A stretch of 64,000 bases of DNA from Mizuhopecten yessoensis. Its lineage: Eukaryota. The translations under genes and the position numbers were made by a program. Location of the stretch: contig NW_018408592.1 in the NCBI RefSeq assembly GCF_002113885.1, positions 454,657 to 518,656 of the forward strand. The letters are read 5' to 3'. Under the pieces are notes generated by a model that ran no database searches, was not told the origin of the DNA, and worked only from the letters and a program-made list of their open reading frames with translations. This document shows, one piece after another, positions 55,601 through 64,000 of this stretch (position 1 is the first letter of the stretch; the number at the start of each line of letters is the position of its first letter).

Positions 55601-58600
55601 AGAGATTGCGGGTAAAAGACATCGACCTTCTTCCAAGGTCACAGGGGTCAAATATGTAAAAAAAAAATCAAACAACTTCTTCTGAAGAACTGAAATGTAT
55701 ATAATCTTAATATTTGACTGGTAGCTTTTGGGATGAATCCTGACGAATGTTGCGAATGAAAATGAAATTGACATTGACCTACTTTGAAAGTCACAGAGGT
55801 CAAATATGCCAAAAACTCCAAACGACTTGAAGAACTGAATGTATAGAATATCAATATTTGGCTGGTAGTTTCTTGGGAGCCCAACAAAGTTTGCAAATGA
55901 AAATAACCTAGACTGTTACAAGGGCCAAACATTTCAAACAACTTCTAAAGAAGAACCAAATGGCATAGAATCATTATGTTTGGCTGGTAACTACCACAGA
56001 TGCAGCCTGACAAATTTTGCGACTAAAATGACCTCGACCTACTTTCAAGGTCACAGGGATCAAATGTGTTTACATCTTTAAATTACCTTTTTTTCCTGAA
56101 TAACCAAAGGACTCATGGTGATAACATTTGACCAGATGCATGATAGAATCATGGGATGGCTATCAATTGTGTTAAAATGAATAGTTTTATCCTTTATGTT
56201 TAAGGTCACAGGGGTCAAATGGTCTGAACAAATCAAAGTATTTCTTCTGAATATCCAAGAAGAGGCCTAGAGTGATGATATTTGACCAGTGTTTAATGGA
56301 ATGACCTTGGCCTACTTTCTTGGTCATATGGGTCAAATGTGTTAAAATCCTGACATGACTTCTTCTCAATAACCAAAAGCCACAGGGTGATGCTGTTTGG
56401 GATTAAGGGATACCAAGTTTGTCCAGCTGAATGACTTTCAAGGTCACTGGAATAAAATCAGATTGTTTTAAATATTATAAATCAAGAGTCATAGGTAAGG
56501 ATAGTTACCCAATAGTTTTATTTAGGCTAAATAAGTACATATGACTTGGTCCACTTTTAAGCTTAAAAGTGTGGGAATAATAGCAGGTGAGCGATACAGG
56601 CCCTTTGGGTATCTTGTTCAAAAGTTTCAATCTTAATTGTTTCCCATTGTATGTATATTATAACTATACTTGATTATTAACTAAAAGAATACTGTTTAAA
56701 CTAAACACACAACTGATTCGGAATTTTACTGAAAATAAAGTGTATCACCTTATACTTATAATTTTAGGAATGAACTTTCTACAAAAACACGCTAAGGACC
56801 CGCAGACCTGGAAGTGCCACCTGGTACTGACAGAGGACGGCAAAGCCGTAAAGACCCAGCGCTCCATCTTCTCGGAGTGTTTCTATCTGATGGCTCTGTC
56901 CGAGACAGGCAGAGCGAGCGGGGACAATACTTACATGGTGCATTCATTCATTTAATTCAACTGGAATTTTAAAATGATTCAAATCTTTTAAAGCTATACG
57001 CCACTTTTAGACCTTGAGAGTATGATGTTTGATGTTTACTTCATTACTGTCAACGTGGTCTTAACCTTGAGAATACTGACCTGTGTGCGCAACCGACTTC
57101 ATATCCTTTCTTTTTTTCAAGTTCGAGTTCATGTGTAAAAGCCGACGTTTTCTTCAGTCATAAAACACATACTAAAGGAAGTTTTCGCACTTACTGTTCT
57201 AACAGTCAAGTTTTTTTTTCTTTGACCAATTGATGTGACTTTTGACCTTGACCTATATTCTTTGTACCATTGATGTGACCTTAACCTTGGACAACGAACA
57301 GTGTTCGATACACACCTTCTAGTCATAACGTATATGTACTTATCAATGAACAGTCATCAAACAATTGTTATCGGTTCAGAAGGTACAGTCTGTAAATTTG
57401 ACAAATCCCTTGCTGTGACCTTGACCTTGTGAAAGAGATATTGCTTATAGCTATAATGTTTTGAGATGGTTTTATTTGCCCTATTATCACTGTTTGAATA
57501 CATTAATTCAAAGAATTCAAAGTTCAAACAAACTTTAGCAAGTGATGTAGTGCGAAATGAAAAGAGCAACTTGAGCCTGAGAGTGCCACGGTGAATTCCA
57601 TCCGTATCCACGACAACTTCAAGTGATGGTCTGTTGAATAGGCTCATTTTGACACAATTGTGTAATTGTAAACTCTTCATTAATACATATATGTGTGACC
57701 TTAGCTACTCTTTATTAGACCATAGCTGTTGATAGGACGTAAAAAACAAATCTTTATTTCAATGACTCCTTAGGCAGAGGCCTTACAGATGATGGACAAG
57801 ATAGTGTTCTGGGTTCGCGAGGACGACACAGACTTGGGACAGCCCGCTATGGAGGGTGCGGTGTCCACCAGCTCACTCGCTGTACCCATGATGCTGATGT
57901 GTTTGATTGATCAGCTGGAAACAGTAGACCCAACACTGGAAGTCAAGTACAGGGATCTCACAGGCTGGTGTCTGACAGAGGTCAAGAAACATATCCAGGT
58001 AAGTTTGGTTAATGCAGATCCTTGAGTTCAATAAAAAAAAACCACCACCACATGTAAATCAAAATGAAAAGTATTGTAAAATGATTATCATACCATTTCT
58101 TTGAAAGAAAACATTTCAAACTTGGCTATTCAATCCAAAATTATTCTTTTAAAATAGTCCATGCACGTGATCTCATTCTGTGCTCCGAAATCACAGAGAA
58201 AATGTTATTTATTTATTCTTATTATCAGTCACCAATAGGCTTACACTGTTTACAGAGGGACGGATCTGTTATCTTGGAGAATGTGAGTCCGGAAGGGGAG
58301 GAACTCCCAGGAAGTATGGGGAGGTTGATGCTACCAGGCCACTCCATCGAGGCTGGCTGGTTCCTACTGCAGCACGCCATCAACAAGAGTAAGGACGACC
58401 TGAAAAAGATGGCCATTGACAAGTTCATCCTAAACCCTTTCCAGTACGGCTGGGACAAGACACACGGGGGACTGCTGTACTTCCTGGACGTGGACAACTG
58501 GTCACCAACACAACTCGAGTGGGACATGAAACTGTGGTGGGCCCACAACGAGGCTCTCATAGCCTTCCTCATGGTGTACAAAGAAACCGAGGACACCAAA

Positions 58601-61600
58601 ATGATTGACATATTCGCAAAAATATTCGACTACAGCTACTCCCACGTAAGAAATACGCATGTTTATACTTAAAATACTGTCTAGGTATTGTATTGTCATA
58701 TTGTTAATTCAGATGATATTTATTTGCCGCTTTATTAGTTTCCAGTTAAATATGAATCCCTGAATTAGGAGTCCCTATTTAAATATCAAACTAGAACACT
58801 GACAGGTCAGTAAGGACCCCGTCTTGTGGAAATATATACCCCATAATCATCAAGAAGCAATCTGCCCATATAGCTGAGCTTGACGTTTGACATTTGGACT
58901 TCAAAAAGAATCACAAGGAAGCAAAATATACATTTTACATGTACTATGATGTGAGTCTTGTTTCCTTCCACCTCCACATTTGCTGGGCTAACAGAAATGT
59001 AAATACCGGTGCAATACTCATTTGTTAGCTTTGAATTGTTTTATTTCACCTTATTTACCTCCTCCATCAAGAGCCAGGGTCAAAGTCAGAGATCCACATT
59101 GTCTTTGACCTTTGGACCCAAAAGACCTTGACCATAAACCCAGTGACCCTGATCTTTGNNNNNNNNNNNNNNNNNNNNNNNNNNNNNNNNNNNNNNNNNN
59201 NNNNNNNNNNNNNNNNNNNNNNNNNNNNNNNNNNNNNNNNNNNNNNNNNNNNNNNNNNNNNNNNNNNNNNNNNNNNNNNNNNNNNNNNNNNNNNNNNNNN
59301 NNNNNNNNNNNNNNNNNNNNNNNNNNNNNNNNNNNNNNNNNNNNNNNNNNNNNNNNNNNNNNNNNNNNNNNNNNNNNNNNNNNNNNNNNNNNNNNNNNNN
59401 NNNNNNNNNNNNNNNNNNNNNNNNNNNNNNNNNNNNNNNNNNNNNNNNNNNNNNNNNNNNNNNNNNNNNNNNNNNNNNNNNNNNNNNNNNNNNNNNNNNN
59501 NNNNNNNNNNNNNNNNNNNNNNNNNNNNNNNNNNNNNNNNNNNNNNNNNNNNNNNNNNNNNCCCCATAATCATCAAGAAGCAATCTGCCCATATAGCTGA
59601 GCTTGACGTTTGACATTTGGACTTCAAAAAGAATCACAAGGAAGCAAAATATACATTTTACATGTACTATGATGTGAGTCTTGTTTCCTTCCACCTCCAC
59701 ATTTGCTGGGCTAACAGAAATGTAAATACCGGTGCAATACTCATTTGTTAGCTTTGAATTGTTTTATTTCACCTTATTTACCTCCTCCATCAAGAGCCAG
59801 GGTCAAAGTCAGAGATTCACATTGTCTTTGACCTTTGGATCCAAAAGACCTCGACCATAAACCCAGTGACCCTGATCTTTGGTCAGTTGACTTATTCCTT
59901 ATTTCCGTCCAACTTTGCTTCTTAATATCATAACAAAATGTTCATCAGTGAAAAATACAAACTTGACCTTGACCCTTGACTCTGTGTTAAGTTCTGAATA
60001 ACATTGCTTCATAATGTCATATCAAAATGTTCATCAGGGAAAAGGTACAAAATTTAACCTTCACCTTTAACCCAGTGACCTTGACCTTTGGTCAATTGAC
60101 TCCTTGTTTAATTCTGAGCAACATTGCTTCAAAGTGTCATAGCGAAATGTTCACCAGTGAAATGATACAAAATTTAACCTTGACCTTTGACCCAATGACA
60201 TTGACTGATTACTATAGAGCACCCGTATCTCCGATACGGGGCCCTAATAATAATAACAGTAATAACTTCAGATCTCCTAACATTTCATCTCGAGATATTG
60301 AACTTTCTGCAAGTAACATATGGGACATACTTTAAGTCGAATAGCAAACTTTTAAGTTTTGGGATTCAATATGGCCACCATGGCCTTTGATTGGCTGAAA
60401 CAATTACAGTTAGAGTTGTTGTGGGGGTGATAAAAGGGATGTACACTGTGTTTAACAACTGTTTTTTAAGTCTTGGAATTAAAGATAGCTGCGTTGGCCT
60501 CCGATTGGTTGATACATAAATAATGGTAAGCTTCGTCATGTTGGGCCGATTTGGATGTATTTTTTGTAATGCTTCATTACTAACAGCTTGGGGTGTGATA
60601 ACGATCTGTGTTTTTAGGCTCATTTTCATCACAACATATTTTCTATGGTCATGACAGAGCGGGATATTGCTTTGCCATTTGCCTACAGGTCTAGATAACA
60701 ACGCACAGTTTGCCCCACTTAGAACATACTTAGTTTTTGTATATTTTGCGGGCTTACCAAGTTCCGTCAAAATTAAATGATAGTTTAGAAACCTTGAGTG
60801 GCGTCTTAAATATCAGTGAACACTTCATATTTTTTTACCAATTAACAGGCATTATATAAACAAGAGGCCCATGGGCCTTAACGGTCACCTGAGTCTNAAA
60901 AATATACACGCACCTATTGTATTAGGAGGACCAATGGCATCCCCAGGTAGTGGGATGCAGAAACCATATTCTCATCCTATGGCAGTTTTTGTTCTAGTTA
61001 TATTTCACTAACATTCTGTGTATGGTTGAAAATGAGAGGAAGGTCAAAGTCTGAGGTGTTCTATGTGCATAAACTCAAATTTAAACCTCCACTGCTAGGT
61101 CCTTCATAAGCATTTCCAGAAGAAATTGCGTTTATAGGGTTATGAACTCAATTTGATCAGCGTCTTTATGAAGTTTCTCCTCCTGCCTTGAATAACGAGA
61201 GACAACCGTTAGAAGCAAACATTTTAGTGACGTTAGGCTGTTCCAGGAATCTCGTTTGCATTGAAGACAGACACTTCAATATCGTATATCTATATTAAGA
61301 TCAACATTATCTTTAAGATTTATAATGGAAATATATGTATTGAACAATATTTCATTGTTCATTGCTGCTCAATCTTAATGTGACTGAAATGTATGACCAT
61401 CATGGGATGTAAAGCATGTATGGTAACAGTCGATACTAGTGTCCAATGCTGATAATTTTCATTTTCCCATTTTCTCTCTTTTTCATCAAGTTTGTTGACG
61501 AGAAAAATGGCGAATGGTACGGATATCTCAATCGAAATGGAGAAATCAGCATGGACTTCAAGGGTGGACCTTGGAAAGGTAACAAGTTCAGAATAAATGT

Positions 61601-61901
61601 GATGTTCTCATGCAAGAGAACCTAATGTACCAGTGTGTACCTAGTAGTATAATAAATTACAATTGAGCCATTTTCATGAGCTTTCTGTAAGTATCCTGTT
61701 ACACAATTTGTACAATGTAGCACTTTTACCAGATAATTATTTAACAATCACATTGAAATTAAAAAGTGAAAATTGATTTTCATTTAAAATTCATAGAAGA
61801 TATTAGACTGTAACAATTCTACATTTGGCGTTTCAGGGTGTTTCCATGTTCCTCGTTATCTGATGATGTGTGAAAAGATGCTGAAGGAACTCGCAAAATA
61901 A
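52677..61901 (+). CDS. RENBP: N-acylglucosamine 2-epimerase (renin-binding protein homolog), ~395 aa, 8 exons
   Basis: Exons 52677-52774, 53424-53499, 55066-55141, 56768-56937, 57774-57998, 58256-58645, 61491-61578, 61837-61901 (1188 nt, phases consistent). Motifs [69 protein letters not shown]. Confidence 0.95.
53483..54880 (+). repeat. 29-31-bp minisatellite (~45 copies) derived from the RENBP exon2/intron2 junction
   Basis: Unit ggttacaggagagacag|gtatgtggtaac matches the exon end GGCTACAGGCAAGACAG|gtatgtggtaac. Confidence 0.95.
55300..56618 (+). mobile_element. HINE element with an internal array of ~150-160-bp tandem repeats
   Basis: gtccgtc microsatellite near 55350, about 7 repeats of gatatttgg...aatgaccttgacctactttcaaggtcacaggggtcaaa...acttcttc, and a caggtgagcgatacaggccc end. 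Confidence 0.8.
59159..59561. other. Assembly gap (N run) with duplicated flanks
   Basis: 58839-59158 is nearly identical to 59562-59881 (about 3 SNPs). Confidence 0.95.
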
Positions 61902-63001
61902 AGTTTCCATCTACTCAAAATGTGTCAACGCTGCTGAGATAGCTGTTAAATGAGTCAACATTCATGACGATCATCTTTCAAGAATTTGACATTGTTAAGA
62001 ATTTTTTTATAAGAATTCAAGGATACAATATTAATGAACACTATTGTTTTATATTCATCATTGTTGATACAGTGGATAATTTTGTGCAAAGATATCTTAT
62101 TGGACCATTCACGATTATATTTGAAGGTTATAGATTTTCATCTCCGTTAACATTTAACTATAGAATAACTTGGTGGCAATCTAACTTTGTTATTCCCCCC
62201 ACAGCTGGAGGCATATCACATATACTCTACCTACAACTGCCCAATCTTGTATGCAGATAGTGGAGTGTCTCAAACTGAAATTGTTCTCAACAATACAGAG
62301 TTATGGCCCTTTGTCACTTTTTGTTAACGAATTTTGCCCAGATATGGGGGACTATGGATTGCTTGTCAACAAGGTATTCTACTACATCATCACATGGAAA
62401 GTTAGATTATAGTATCAAGCTTGTATTCATACAATGATAACATACTTTTCAAAATGAAATTCATTTGCATCAGATTTCCTGTTCACCAAAATACAAAATG
62501 TGTATATATCTTTGTATCTGAATGTGGACAGCTTTATCCTCAAAAGATTTGCTGATACTGCTTATCATGACATAAATAATAAACATTTGAAATCTTTGTT
62601 TTCATGCTTTTGTATAACTGGTAATCTGACATGCAAGGCAACAAAAAACAGATTGCGAACTAGATCATTAGTGTACAACATAATCACATAAATGAAACTC
62701 AAAGAAAACAAAACCCCAAAACCCCAACTGTTCCAGCATGTTGGATTAATACTGTGTACCTTTGATAGGAAATGTTACAATAGTGACAACAAATTGTACA
62801 AAATAGCAGACTTTATTACAATTTTGCATGATATACATAAAAGAAGTTTTAAACAAAATATTCACCTTCTCTATTGTCTTCTGGAGTTGTATTTAAGAAT
62901 TCCTTCAGGGACTCAACAACTTTTCATACAGGAGACCGATTGGAACATAATACCTTGGTTCTATTGTCTTGACCAAATAGAGGTCGGGGCAACCAGTCAT
63001 T

Positions 63002-63358
63002 CATCCTCGATATCCATGGGTTACGCTCACTTTCGCTCTCTGCACCCCTGGAATATGTCATAGTAAAATCGAAGGCTCAATGTGCAGTACTTTGTGGAAG
63101 AGACAAGAAAACTAGTTTGATGCTTTGATGTTCATCAAAATATCACGGTCGTCCAACTGTAAAAATTGACAGGCTTTGAAGTCGGGCATCGCTCTGTTGT
63201 AATCTTCAAAAAAAGACAAGTATCAACCTAGTGATTGGATAGTGTTTTTTTTACCCGACACCAATCAAATAGCTAGCCGTGTGCCTTCAATTTTGCTATG
63301 ACATATCCCAGGGGTGTCGAGAGCGAAAGTGAGCATAACCCCCTGGATATCGAGGATG
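63002..63358. mobile_element. Non-autonomous Mutator-like MITE (same family as 16642-16990, opposite orientation)
   Basis: Same long TIRs; perfect 9-bp TSD CCAGTCATT (62993-63001 and 63359-63367). Confidence 0.9.
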
Positions 63359-64000
63359 CCAGTCATTGTACATGTATTAATAATAAACTTGAAAGATTCA
63401 GGAACATGCTACACGAAGTCAGTAATGTCTTTGATTACTGTAAAAGTAGAATTTTGGAAGTGTGGAAATGTTTGCATTTTTTTAATGATGAGTAAATTAA
63501 GCCTATATGAATTTTACATATTATAATTATCCCACAAAACAGTTGTCAAAACGAAAACGCCCACTTTTTCAGTATCAGAAAGCATCTTTGATTGTGATAA
63601 GACTTGGCATAAAACACATACATAAACACCACATAAAGCTCATACCTAGAGCTCAACTATATGGAACTGGTGTATGAAAATAAGTGAGCCGGAAAATGTT
63701 ACAAAACTTTGTGTTTGTTTCCTTTTTCAAGTTTACAAGTGTTGACAGCTGATTCACAAGGAGGCTCAGGTACTGCAAATTAATTTTAATTCACCAGGAC
63801 TTATATAAAAGCATTTTCGATACAAATGACTGTCACAAGGTTGATTAATAGTGAAAGGAATAACATTATATTTCTAAGTTTAATTAATTGTATGTGAATA
63901 TGAAAAATAATTACAAGACGTGTGTATTCATGATCTGCTCTTATCACAAATTCATAAACAAAAAGGCAAACTAAATTACACACAGAACTAGTGTAAGCTG

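Noticed and set aside
57141-57160. Minus-strand CTGAAGAAAACGTC as a hammerhead
   Set aside because: No stem II and no stem I pairing; probably chance.
58839-59881. Apparent 320-bp tandem duplication and poly-X ORFs
   Set aside because: The copies flank an N gap and differ by about 3 SNPs, typical of uncollapsed haplotype or contig overlap.

Overview
AT-rich, intron-rich animal genomic DNA. The repeat families (HINE/pearl-like elements, tRNA-derived SINEs) point to a bivalve mollusc. Four protein-coding genes can be built from the sequence: (1) a probably GPI-anchored type-B carboxylesterase on the minus strand (5267-7299), with the extreme 5' end of a tandem paralog at the left window edge; (2) a 21-exon KDM7/PHF8-type PHD-JmjC histone demethylase (14174-33234, +); (3) an hnRNP A1/A2-like gene with an intronless CDS (47971-48975, -); (4) an 8-exon N-acylglucosamine 2-epimerase (RENBP; 52677-61901, +). 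The non-coding DNA holds many MITEs, HINEs, SINEs, a decayed Ty3/Gypsy pol fragment and several minisatellites. The most notable observations are: a minimal type-I hammerhead ribozyme inside a ~150-bp insert bounded by target-site duplications (TSDs), which also carries an antisense segment to the ribozyme's stem I; a 340-bp non-autonomous LTR element whose LTRs are tRNA-like (Helenus-type TRIM); and a ~1.4-kb minisatellite built from the RENBP exon2/intron2 splice junction itself. All exon coordinates were read by eye and need RNA-seq confirmation.
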